Below, piece by piece: positions 43,228 to 52,785 of a stretch of 64,000 bases of DNA. This DNA is from an uncultured Candidatus Micrarchaeota archaeon. Its GTDB lineage: Archaea > Micrarchaeota > Micrarchaeia > Anstonellales > Bilamarchaeaceae. The stretch lies in the NCBI GenBank assembly GCA_963800555.1, contig CAWDBH010000005.1:12313-76312 (forward strand). Reading direction: 5' to 3'. The notes under the pieces are model-generated. The model saw only the letters and a list, made by a program, of their open reading frames with translations. It had not been told where the DNA came from and did no database searches. The stretch's first letter is position 1. The number at the start of each line of letters is the position of its first letter. Position numbers and translations under genes: made by a program.

Positions 43228-44790
43228 ATGGTCGAATACGTCGAGAAGGAAATCAAGAAGGTCGATGTCTGGAAATTCAAGAAGTTCGTGTGCAAAGTCA
43301 AGCCCATAGACATATACACTGGGAAGAACGTCGTTGTGCTCAACAAGAACGACGCCCAGGACCACGATATCTACTGGGGATACCGCACGGAGCTATGCGC
43401 TGGCAACAAATGCTTCATAGCGATAGTGGATGTCAGCGACGAGATAGTGAAGCCGGGCGAGATAGGCGTCTTCAGGGACGTCGCGGAGTCCAACAAGCTG
43501 AAGAGAGGGGACGAGGTGGAGATAGTCCACATGAACCAGCCCGAGTCGATAAAATACATCAAGAAGAAGCTGGACAAGGGCGCGCTTTCCGACTCCGAGA
43601 TCAAGACCATAGTCAAGGAGATAATGCAAGACCGTCTCAGCGAGATAGAGACCTCGTCGTACATAACAGCCGCTTACATAAACGGTTTCACGGACGAAGA
43701 AGTGATATCGCTGGCCAACGCCACTGTGGAATCCGGCGAGACGCTGGACCTCGGGAAGAAACCGATACTGGACAAGCACTGCATAGGCGGCGTGGCCGGG
43801 AACAGGACCACCATGGTCGTCGTGCCGATAATCGCCGCTGCCGGCATGTACATGCCCAAGACATCCTCGCGTTCCATCACATCTGCATCGGGGACCGCGG
43901 ACACCATGGAGGTGCTCTGCAAAGTGACGTTCAACATCGACGAGCTGCGCTCCATCGTCCTCAAGGCCAAGGGCGCGATAGTCTGGGGAGGCGGGATGAA
44001 GCTCGCTCCCGTAGATGACAAGCTGATCAAGATACGCCACCCGCTCAGCCTCGACCCGGAAGGCATGCTGCTCGCGAGCATCCTCGGCAAGAAGAAGAGC
44101 GTCGGGGCCGAATATGTCCTAATCGACATCCCGGTCGGCAGGGGCGTGAAGGTGCCGTACATCGAGAAAGGCAACGACCTGGCCAGGCATTTCCTGCGGG
44201 TCGGGGAGAGGCTCGGGATGAAGATCGAGGCTCTGATAACCGATGGCGCGGAACCTGTCGGCAACGGCATAGGGCCGGGATTGGAATGCGTCGACGTTCT
44301 GCAGGTCCTGGGCGGCAAGGGTCCGGATGATCTGCGGCACAAGAGCCTATTGATGGCAGGCAAGCTCCTCGAGCTGTGCGGCAAGGTCGATAGCGGGAAA
44401 GGCTACGGCGTGGCGGAGGACCTGCTGAATTCGGGGAAAGCCGAGAAGAAATTCAGGGAGATCATCGAGCTCCAGTGCGGGAACCCCAAAGTGAAGGAAT
44501 CCGACATCAAGATAGGCCAGTACAGCCAGGTGGTCAATTCCGAGGTCAGCGGGAACATATTCCACATCGACAATAAGGCGATGTCGAAGATCGCGCGCAT
44601 AGCCGGAGCGCCTAGGGACAACGGGGCCGGCGTGCTGCTCCACCGCGTTCGCGGAGACCGGGTCGAGAAAGGGGATTCTCTTTTCACGATATACGCCGAG
44701 AGCGAGGCGCAGCTGGATTTCGCTCTCAAAGCGCTGAAAGACCTCGAGCCCATAGAGATGAGGAAGATGCTCCTCGGAAGCGTTGAATGA
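43228..44790 (+). CDS. deoA: AMP phosphorylase (thymidine phosphorylase family)
   Basis: An archaeal-type N-terminal extension (KVKPIDIYTGKNVVVLNKNDA), plus DKHCIGGVAGNRTTMVVVPIIAAAG and TSASGTADTMEVL. Confidence 0.8.
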   Translation: MVEYVEKEIKKVDVWKFKKFVCKVKPIDIYTGKNVVVLNKNDAQDHDIYWGYRTELCAGNKCFIAIVDVSDEIVKPGEIGVFRDVAESNKLKRGDEVEIVHMNQPESIKYIKKKLDKGALSDSEIKTIVKEIMQDRLSEIETSSYITAAYINGFTDEEVISLANATVESGETLDLGKKPILDKHCIGGVAGNRTTMVVVPIIAAAGMYMPKTSSRSITSASGTADTMEVLCKVTFNIDELRSIVLKAKGAIVWGGGMKLAPVDDKLIKIRHPLSLDPEGMLLASILGKKKSVGAEYVLIDIPVGRGVKVPYIEKGNDLARHFLRVGERLGMKIEALITDGAEPVGNGIGPGLECVDVLQVLGGKGPDDLRHKSLLMAGKLLELCGKVDSGKGYGVAEDLLNSGKAEKKFREIIELQCGNPKVKESDIKIGQYSQVVNSEVSGNIFHIDNKAMSKIARIAGAPRDNGAGVLLHRVRGDRVEKGDSLFTIYAESEAQLDFALKALKDLEPIEMRKMLLGSVE

Positions 44791-44791
44791 T

Positions 44792-45283
44792 ATGGCGAAA
44801 CATAAGATGCTCCCATTCCCGGACGCGAATGTCGGGGAGGTCCTGGGGCTAGTCGAGATAGTGTACGCCTACAAGGGCAAGGTCAGGGTGTCCTTCCTGG
44901 CCGAGGAGCTCAGGATGGACCTGGATGAGCTGAACGACGTCATCGAGATGGCCAAGCTCCTTAACCTAGTCCGCGTGAAGGAGGGGACCGTGGAGCTCAC
45001 GCTTTTCGGAGAATCGCTCAACCTGGGGACCATCGACGACAAGAAACGCGTGCTGCGCAAGAACCTCGTGAAGATAGAGCCTTTCAAGACCATACTCGCG
45101 ATCCTCAAGAAGGACGGGCATGCGCACCTGGAGGATATCATAAGCGACCTCCGCGAGAGGAACGTCGTGATAGAAGATGAGATGAGATTCCACAAGCTGC
45201 TCCTGGCATGGGGCGGCTATGCAGAGATATTCGAGTACAACGGCTCCAAGCGGGTCTTCACCATGCCGGCGAACCATCAATAA
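44792..45283 (+). CDS. ABC-associated small protein (AAA-associated C-terminal-domain-like)
   Basis: LPFPDANVGEVLGLVEIVYAYKGKVRVSFLAEELRMDLDELNDVIEMAKLLNLV. It is adjacent to the NrtD/TauB-like ATPase. Confidence 0.45.
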   Translation: MAKHKMLPFPDANVGEVLGLVEIVYAYKGKVRVSFLAEELRMDLDELNDVIEMAKLLNLVRVKEGTVELTLFGESLNLGTIDDKKRVLRKNLVKIEPFKTILAILKKDGHAHLEDIISDLRERNVVIEDEMRFHKLLLAWGGYAEIFEYNGSKRVFTMPANHQ

Positions 45284-45294
45284 GAGGTCGGCAC

Positions 45295-46041
45295 ATGGTT
45301 TACGGGCTCACGCTCAAAGACGTCTGCAAGAAATACGCGGTCGAAGGGAACGATATCGTCGCACTGCAGAATATCTCCTTCTCCGTGCGGAAAAGGGAGT
45401 CCATAGCCCTGGTGGGTCCGAGCGGATGCGGCAAGACCACCCTGATCAGGATGATCTGCGGATTGGAGCAGCCGTCATCGGGGAGCATCACGTTCAACGG
45501 CAATGAGGTCAAGGAGCCGACAAGCCGCATCATGATGGTCTTCCAGTCGTTCGCAATCTTCCCGTGGAAGACGGTCCAGGAGAACGTCGAGCTCGCGATC
45601 ATGGACAAGCCGGCAGCTGAAAGGAAGAAGGTCGCGACGCAGTTCATAGACCTTGTGGGCCTGGACGGATTCGAGAACAGCTACCCGAGGGAGCTCTCGG
45701 GTGGGATGAAGCAGCGGGTCGGCATCGCGCGGGCGATATCGAGCGAACCGGAGATACTGGTTCTTGACGAGCCGTTCTCCGCTCTCGACGCGCTGACAGC
45801 CAACAACCTGCGAAACGAAGTCCTCAAGTTTTATTTGAGCAAGAAGCACAAGCCGGACGTCCTGCTCATGGTCACGCATTCCATCGAGGAGGCGGTGTAC
45901 ATGTCGAGCAGGGTCATCGTGTTCTCGAGACGTCCGGGGCAGATCGTGGATGACATAAAGATAGATCTGCCTTTCCCGCGCGACAAGAGGGACCCCAAAT
46001 TCTACGGATACGTGGATCAGATAACCTCGCTTATAACCTAG
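45295..46041 (+). CDS. ABC transporter ATP-binding protein (nitrate/sulfonate/taurine-type)
   Basis: GPSGCGKTT, LSGGMKQRVGIARA and LVLDEPFSALD. The ATG at 45295 is preceded by GAGGT. Confidence 0.9.
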   Translation: MVYGLTLKDVCKKYAVEGNDIVALQNISFSVRKRESIALVGPSGCGKTTLIRMICGLEQPSSGSITFNGNEVKEPTSRIMMVFQSFAIFPWKTVQENVELAIMDKPAAERKKVATQFIDLVGLDGFENSYPRELSGGMKQRVGIARAISSEPEILVLDEPFSALDALTANNLRNEVLKFYLSKKHKPDVLLMVTHSIEEAVYMSSRVIVFSRRPGQIVDDIKIDLPFPRDKRDPKFYGYVDQITSLIT

Positions 46042-46682
46042 AGCAAGGGGCTGAAACCGAAGCAGAAGCGTCTCGCCATCGTCCCGAGGATGCCATGCAT
46101 CTGCGGATAGGATATCCTCAGCTCGGCATCGATGTCCGAAACCGTGGACTTCATACCCCTGCCCGTTTCATAGGATAAGGAATCGCCTTCGAAAGATATG
46201 GAATCGGTTTTCACCCCGTCCTTCCAAAGTTCCTCTCTTATCGCGGTCATATCGGCCGTGCGGTCGCGCAGCCGCTTCAGATGCTCCAGGGTCATTATCC
46301 TCCTCTGCACGGATCTCGTCCTGTTGATCAGATGCCTGAGGCTCGGATTGTTCTTTTGATTGTACGAGAACAGGCAAAATTCGGTAGAGCACCCGGACTG
46401 CAAGAACAACTCGGGGAGCCCAAACCCGGCGCGTTGGACCCTGGTGGTCGAGTCCCATGACTCGGCGACGGAGAATGCAAACGCCATGAAAGCTATGGTG
46501 GGATCGACCGGCAAGACGAACCGATCCGCCTCGCAATACATGAAGAATCCCGGGGGATGCTGGCCCAATAGACGCTCGATCAGAGGCGTCTGGACTTTGA
46601 TGCCTTCATCGATGACTCTCTTGTGCTTTTCGTTAGAAGAATCCTCGTAAAGCCTTCTTATGGATGGGACTTTCAGCAACAT
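46038..46682 (-). CDS. hypothetical protein
   Basis: 214-aa ORF with no recognised motif. Confidence 0.4.
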   Translation of the reverse strand: MLLKVPSIRRLYEDSSNEKHKRVIDEGIKVQTPLIERLLGQHPPGFFMYCEADRFVLPVDPTIAFMAFAFSVAESWDSTTRVQRAGFGLPELFLQSGCSTEFCLFSYNQKNNPSLRHLINRTRSVQRRIMTLEHLKRLRDRTADMTAIREELWKDGVKTDSISFEGDSLSYETGRGMKSTVSDIDAELRISYPQMHGILGTMARRFCFGFSPLL

Positions 46683-46746
46683 GGACAGGAAGATGCGGGC
46701 CCGATTTTATAATCTAACCATTGTTCGCGAATTAGGAATTGCGTTC

Positions 46747-48363
46747 TCAGATCTTGAAAAGCTCCGCTTTCTTCAGCGCTGTGCGCCACACGGTCTTGTT
46801 CAGTACGATGATTATGGCGATCATCGCGAGCACCGCGAGCATTATGCTCGAGACGTCGCCGTTCGCAGCTCCCATGTCCAGCATGTAGCCGAGGCCATCG
46901 GCGTGGAAGACCTGGCCGCCGTAAGTGATGTATTCGCTCACTATGCTCGCGTTCCATCCGCCGCCGAAGGCCTGCATGCTCGCCACTATCAGCGTCGGGA
47001 AAATCGCCGGGAGGAAAACATGCTGCACCTTGTCCAGCACGCCCATGCGCAGGAGCTTCGACGCGTCGATGAGATCGTTCGGTATGGTCTGCACTGCGCG
47101 GAGGAGATTGAAGAGGAGATACCATATCATGCCGGTGAGTAGCAGGAGCAATGAGGCGATCTGGATGCCTATCCCGCCGCCGATCTCGTGGATGACGAAG
47201 ACCACGATTATCGGGAACACTGCGATAGCAGGCACGGATTGCGCGACATCGAAGAAAGGCATCAGCGAGTCCGTGAGCTTCTGGTTGCGGCCTATGTAGA
47301 TGGCGACCACGATCGCGAGGGAGAGGGCGATTACATACGCTATCAAGATCCTCCCCAAGGTCAGTCCGGAGAATAGGGCTATGGTGCCGATATCGAAGTG
47401 CGTCCCTGAGAAGAAATAGATGAATATGAACGCGGCGGCCACAATGAATATTATAGCGAAGTCGCCCACATTGAATTTCTTGCTCTCCTCCATTGTGACC
47501 GTCGGATTGATCCCGAGCGAATCTATGACCCATGATACAGGAACCTGGAGGTGCTTGAGGACGGATGTCTTGCCCATCGTATACAGGCTCTGCAGGCCCC
47601 GGGTTATCACGTTGCTCCTTATGGATGAGGTTTCGCCGCTCGTCTGGCTGTAGCTGAACCGATTCGCCCTCGCGAGCAGGGGACCCCAGACGAAGATGTT
47701 CATGAACAGGACCATCGCGGCGAGGACCCCCATACCTATCAGCGAATGGAGTATGTTGCCGCTGTAGGCCGATTCCGCGATGAAAGAGCCGACCCCCGGC
47801 AGGATGTATGGGTTGCCTTTCCCGAACGTGACGAACTCGCCCGCTACGAGGAAGTACCATCCTCCGCCCCAGGCCGCGATGCTGCCCGAGACGACCGGAG
47901 CGTATATCGCGGGGAGCAGCACATCGAACAGATAGGACGAGCCCGTCATGCGCACCAGGCGGGAGGCGTCGCGGAGGTCTCCGGGAATCGAACGGGCGCC
48001 TTCGATGACATTGAACACGACCGCCCAGGTCATGCTCGTGAAGATGAGGAGCATGGATGCCACCTCGCTCCCGATCACCGGAACGACCTGGATGATGAAG
48101 AGCACGGCCAGGGGGAGATAGCCCAGAATAGGCACTGACTGGAGGATGTCCAGCACCGGGAATATGAGGCCGAACGCCCTCCGGTTATGGACTATGAACA
48201 GCCCGATAGAGACTGAGAATATGAGCGAGAGGATATACGCGCCGAGCATCCTGATGAACGTGCGGAGCATCAGGTATGGCATGAAGAGAGCCTGGGCTCC
48301 CAGGACATACGCGGTGGCGATGGCGAGCAGAGCTACGAAGATAAGGAACTCGCTGGTCTTCAT
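46747..48363 (-). CDS. ABC transporter permease with duplicated BPD-type transmembrane domains
   Basis: 538 aa, about 12 TM helices, and two EAA-like loops (GARSIPGDLRDASRL and AVQTIPNDLIDASKL). Confidence 0.8.
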   Translation of the reverse strand: MKTSEFLIFVALLAIATAYVLGAQALFMPYLMLRTFIRMLGAYILSLIFSVSIGLFIVHNRRAFGLIFPVLDILQSVPILGYLPLAVLFIIQVVPVIGSEVASMLLIFTSMTWAVVFNVIEGARSIPGDLRDASRLVRMTGSSYLFDVLLPAIYAPVVSGSIAAWGGGWYFLVAGEFVTFGKGNPYILPGVGSFIAESAYSGNILHSLIGMGVLAAMVLFMNIFVWGPLLARANRFSYSQTSGETSSIRSNVITRGLQSLYTMGKTSVLKHLQVPVSWVIDSLGINPTVTMEESKKFNVGDFAIIFIVAAAFIFIYFFSGTHFDIGTIALFSGLTLGRILIAYVIALSLAIVVAIYIGRNQKLTDSLMPFFDVAQSVPAIAVFPIIVVFVIHEIGGGIGIQIASLLLLLTGMIWYLLFNLLRAVQTIPNDLIDASKLLRMGVLDKVQHVFLPAIFPTLIVASMQAFGGGWNASIVSEYITYGGQVFHADGLGYMLDMGAANGDVSSIMLAVLAMIAIIIVLNKTVWRTALKKAELFKI

Positions 48364-48484
48364 CGGAGTTAGTGGGAAGTGAGGGCGTATAAAGCTTGTT
48401 GTTTCGGCCTATCATTCCAATCCGCGGGATGCTGGTTTTATAATCATTTTGCCGCGTATTCTATAACTTACATACGGTGTCGCC

Positions 48485-49225
48485 ATGGCAGCACAAAAGG
48501 AGATTCAACGGATGCGGGGCCCAGATCTCGGCGTTTTCGTTAAAGGCCGCGAAGGCGTCCCTATGGAAGAGGCGATCCGAAGGGCCGATGCGAATGACCA
48601 CGTAATTCTATCCAACAAAAGATTGGATGCGGAGCTGGTAAACAAGTATTGGAACGGGGGGATGGTCCACCTGGTATTGACCTGCTGGGGCGGGACGATG
48701 GTCGGTTACGACGAACCCGGCAAACCGCTTGGAAAGACGATCGAATATGTGGATAAAAAATCCGGCATAAGATACATCTTCCCGGTCCCGAAAGAGTATA
48801 TCGGGGAGAAGGACATCGCCCTTGCCGTCGAACATCCCGACTTCACGCTTGAGAAGGACAAAAACGACCGGGTCGTGCATGCCAAAGAGGTCGGTATGGT
48901 GCCGGAGTTCCCTGACATGGAAAAGACAGGCTCTTATCATTGGTATCTTGTCGATCCTAGATACGGCATCCCGAGCGGGAAGGAAGTCAGATACGATGAG
49001 CACGGCGTCAGGTTCCTTTTCAGGATCAGGCAGAGGGTGGGCCTCATCGCCCGCGCGGACCATTACTTCCACGGACCCTTCAATGTCCCGGAGCTGAAGA
49101 TGGTCGGCATCAGCAATTCGCCTTCGGACAAGCTGGGGCTTGCGGTGGAGGCTCCTGAACCCCCTAAAAGAACGCGTTCCGGGGGTATATCGGAACTTGA
49201 TGAAGCGCGACTATACTACGATTAG
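48485..49225 (+). CDS. hypothetical protein, paralog of 26901..27626
   Basis: See feature 26901..27626. Confidence 0.5.
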   Translation: MAAQKEIQRMRGPDLGVFVKGREGVPMEEAIRRADANDHVILSNKRLDAELVNKYWNGGMVHLVLTCWGGTMVGYDEPGKPLGKTIEYVDKKSGIRYIFPVPKEYIGEKDIALAVEHPDFTLEKDKNDRVVHAKEVGMVPEFPDMEKTGSYHWYLVDPRYGIPSGKEVRYDEHGVRFLFRIRQRVGLIARADHYFHGPFNVPELKMVGISNSPSDKLGLAVEAPEPPKRTRSGGISELDEARLYYD

Positions 49226-49681
49226 TCATATCTCGTCTTTGGCTATCTCGAAGCATGATATGGTGTAGGTCTTGAACACGCCGGGCACGGCGCGGATCCG
49301 GTCCAATATCGTGGTGCCGATATCCTCTATGCTCTTCCCCCGTATCTTGATGAGCAGGTCCCATTCCCCCGACACTATGTAGACGCCGAGCACCCCCGGG
49401 ATCTTCCCTATGCTCCGGGCCACCTCGTGCTGGTCCGCCTCGTCGATATGCCCGTATTCGGCGAACACGAACGCGAGGGTCGGAAGGCCGATCATCTTGT
49501 AATCCTGCTCTATGGTGAAGCGCCGGATCACGCCGGATTTCCTTAGCCCGACGATGCGTTCATGCACTGTCGCACGGGGGATCCCGAGCTCGTTCGAGAG
49601 CTCGGCTATGGTCTGCCTTGCGTCTTTATGGAGCGCGTCTAGTATCGTGAGGTCTTTTTCATCCAGCTTTATGTCTTTCAT
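49226..49681 (-). CDS. Lrp/AsnC family transcriptional regulator
   Basis: LDEKDLTILDALHKDARQTIAELSNELGIPRATVHERIVGLRKSGVI plus a RAM domain. Confidence 0.9.
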   Translation of the reverse strand: MKDIKLDEKDLTILDALHKDARQTIAELSNELGIPRATVHERIVGLRKSGVIRRFTIEQDYKMIGLPTLAFVFAEYGHIDEADQHEVARSIGKIPGVLGVYIVSGEWDLLIKIRGKSIEDIGTTILDRIRAVPGVFKTYTISCFEIAKDEI

Positions 49682-49693
49682 ATCGGATAATAT

Positions 49694-49768
49694 CCGGAAA
49701 TGGGTTTATAAAATGGGTTGGATTCGGAAATTTTCCGGAAATTCTGGGTTGAAATTTATATATATTAT
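49694..49768. promoter_or_regulatory. divergent promoter with repeated CCGGAAAT / AAATGGGTT motifs and two TATA boxes
   Basis: (C/T)CGGAAAT occurs at 49694, 49724 and 49735. AAATGGGTT occurs at 49698 and 49711. TTTATAAA at 49705 lies about 25 nt from the Lrp start. ATTTATATATA at 49754 lies about 27 nt from the ATG at 49786. Confidence 0.45.
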
Positions 49769-49785
49769 CATACTAATCATAAAAA

Positions 49786-51400
49786 CATGGAATCGCTCAC
49801 ATCGAAAACCGTCCCCCAGTCCATACTGAAGGAGGGCGTGCGACGCAACCTGAAAGGCATCGCTGCGTTCGTGGAGAACGCCGCTTTCGCCGAAAAGAGC
49901 TTCTCTCCCGGATGCCTCAGGGGCAAGGCCTTCACCGTGAGCGGCCCGATAGACGAACCCAGGATCTCGGATGCGTACGGGGATGTAAAGGGCCTCATAC
50001 ATGTCGGTGGGGAGATGTGCAATTCCTGGACCACCAACTACGAGCTCCACACCTTCATGGCAGGCGCCATGCTCGCGGCGGCCGCGACCGCGCTGAGGGC
50101 CAATTTCAAATCATATAGATCCGCCGATTACACCGTGAGGAGAGAGTTGATAAAACATGACCTCCGCTCCCTCGATGAATCGGAGCTCTTCGCAGCTTTC
50201 CAAAGGCCCGCCTACGGGATACTCTCCCAGTTCGTGGATGATATCGAGGCGGACCGCTATGCGAAGGCGCATCTCTGGGGCATGGAACAGGAAAGCTCGC
50301 GGAGGTTCGTGCAGAATATCCGCGCCGGGGACCTGAGCAGGAGGAACCATTTCACTCCGACCGAGCTGTTCACCGAGCATGACATAGCGCTGGCGCAGAT
50401 GGTGCTCTCGAAGGCAGACGACCTCTTCAAGGCGAAAGCGCTCCAGATGCATTTCTCCATACGATCGTTCCTGTCGGAGATCGGGGTCGACATATCCGGC
50501 ATACCGCTGTTCTTCAGCTCCACTCCGAACCTGCACCTGCAGGCCCTGGACGAGTCGCACGAGTTTTTTTCCATGCTGAGCGCCACGCTCAGGAACGCTG
50601 AGCTCAGGGGTGGCAAACCTCACGAGAACCGGCGGCTGTACGCCAGCCTGGTCCACGAGGACAAGCCGTGGATAATCAAGACGCCCTGCCCGAACTGCGG
50701 GATACAGTCCAAGTACATAATCAAGACGAGGCTCACGGACGATATGAAATCATTCAGGAGCGTGTGCCAGACCCGCGAGGTCACGCTGAGAAACGAGATC
50801 GGATGGGAGACCGGGAAGCTCAAGGGCTGCGGACATGAATGGCACGAGGATATGCCGCATGACCCTAAAGAGATGGCCGCGTTCCTGAAATCGCGCGCGG
50901 TCGGCATGCATTTCCCGATCAACATGTCGATCATGCTCATGAGGAGCGGCCTGCCCATAGTGGGATCGCTGTTCGAGGACCCGGGATGGATCTACAACGG
51001 CAACGGCCTGGAGAAGGTGCCGGATTATCCTACCGGGGACAACCCGGATATGATAATGAGCGTGATGGCGACGCAGCTCGCGGTCGCGTGCGGCAGGATG
51101 GGTAACCTGCCTGCGGAGAGCATAGTGAGCGCGCTCCCCCTCATGATGTCCCAGCACAGGCAGATCATGGACCCACTCATCAAGCAGAGGAAGATGGGCC
51201 AGGAGACGGATGCGGGTACTACCAACTCGAGCATAACCGCGCTCTATCGCCACGGCATGACCCCCCTGCAGATATTCGAGAGCACACTCTCCATGCAGCA
51301 CTATCCGTTCACCACGATCATGGATTTCCGCAGGAAGCTGGACGTCCCGGAAATGATACGCGAGGCCCAGGCACGCGGTATTTATGTGGCCAGATGGTAA
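49786..51400 (+). CDS. hypothetical 538-aa protein with an internal CxxC...CxH zinc-ribbon-like segment
   Basis: I prefer the start MESLTSK at 49786 (a leaderless geometry). CPNCGIQSKY...CGHEWH is present. I recognise no family. Confidence 0.5.
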
Positions 51401-51407
51401 TCCCGTC

Positions 51408-52388
51408 ATGGATCTGCTCGCAGAGCTCGTTTCGATACCGTCCATGAGCGGAGAGGAGCGGAGGATAGCGGAGCGGATCGATGCTCTCATGACCGAACGC
51501 GGGTTCTCCACCCGTCGACTCGCGATAGCGCCCGGAAGGTTCAACATCCTCGCGGAGCGGAGCGGCTCCGGGAAACCAATCGGACTCTACGGGCACATGG
51601 ACACCGTGGAACCGGCAGACGGCTGGGTCGACCCTTTCCGCCTGACCGAATCAGGGGACAGGTTGATAGGCCTCGGGGCCTGGGACATGAAAGGAGGTCT
51701 CGCGGCGATCATCGATGCGGTCGGAAAGCGGACGGAAAGGCCAATCAAGGCCGCGTTCGGGGTTGACGAGGAGAACGTCTCCGAAGGCGCGTACGCGATA
51801 GTGAAATCCGGCTTCTTCGATACCTGCGGATGCATAGTGAGCACCGATACCGGAGCGGATGACGGAAAGCATTCTGGCGAAAGGCAAATCACCCTCGGCC
51901 GGCTCGGCAGGGCGGTCTATGAATTCAGCGGAGAAATGCCCATCGAGAGAATTAATATGAAGAAACGGGGCATCTTCCCATCGGCCCCGCCATCCGTGCA
52001 CGGCAATGAGATCGAATGGCACCTGACGCCCCCCGAGACTCCGGAGAGCGTCCTCGCTGAGCTTAACGGGATCGGGAGCGCACGACTGAAAGAGCGCAAG
52101 ACCCCATATCTCCTCCCGCAGCTCACTGACAGGAACGACCCCAGCGTGAGGAGGCTGGAGGGCATCATAAACGCCGAGCTCGGAAGGCCGCGCATCGCAT
52201 ACGGCGACTCGGTCGCGGACGAGAACGTCCTCGCATTGAGCGGCATCCCCGTGATCACGTACGGGCCGCGCGGAGCCAACATGCATTCCGCCGGGGAGTG
52301 GGTATCGAAAAAGAGCTGCCTGAACATCGCGATGGTGCTCAGGGGATTCCTCAATGGAGCAGGGGGAGAGAGATCTGATTGTCGTTAG
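51408..52388 (+). CDS. M20-family metallopeptidase / deacylase (ArgE/DapE-like)
   Basis: LLAELVSIPSMSGEE, LYGHMDTVEP and GAWDMKGGLAA. Confidence 0.8.
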   Translation: MDLLAELVSIPSMSGEERRIAERIDALMTERGFSTRRLAIAPGRFNILAERSGSGKPIGLYGHMDTVEPADGWVDPFRLTESGDRLIGLGAWDMKGGLAAIIDAVGKRTERPIKAAFGVDEENVSEGAYAIVKSGFFDTCGCIVSTDTGADDGKHSGERQITLGRLGRAVYEFSGEMPIERINMKKRGIFPSAPPSVHGNEIEWHLTPPETPESVLAELNGIGSARLKERKTPYLLPQLTDRNDPSVRRLEGIINAELGRPRIAYGDSVADENVLALSGIPVITYGPRGANMHSAGEWVSKKSCLNIAMVLRGFLNGAGGERSDCR

Positions 52389-52701
52389 CTTCGCGTTCCA
52401 CGTGGAACCTGGCCCCTCCGAGACGGTTCGTGAGGACCACGATGAATTTATTGGTCATAACGGTCACTAGATAGCCCCAGTCCAATGAACATTCCACGGC
52501 AGTCTCTTCCCCATTCCGGTTGTCCGCGTTCCTCAGGTTCAATTTCTCGGTCCTCTGGGTGTCCGGGCAGAAGATGTTCAGTTTGACTCTGCCGATGTCG
52601 GATGTGATGATACCTTCCGCCATAGGGATCACCAGGATCATGGAACTGGTATTCTTGACAGGCGCCGGGTTGCCAGTGACTATCTTTCGCGTCAGCACCA
52701 T
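52351..52701 (-). CDS. hypothetical protein
   Basis: 116-aa ORF whose 3' end converges on and overlaps the M20 gene. Confidence 0.35.
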   Translation of the reverse strand: MVLTRKIVTGNPAPVKNTSSMILVIPMAEGIITSDIGRVKLNIFCPDTQRTEKLNLRNADNRNGEETAVECSLDWGYLVTVMTNKFIVVLTNRLGGARFHVEREANDNQISLPLLH

Positions 52702-52785
52702 ACTATTACCACTGATATAGACAATTTATAATTGCCTAGGCCTTGGGATGCTTCCTGTAAATCTGCATCGCAGGTTTTTCTCGGC

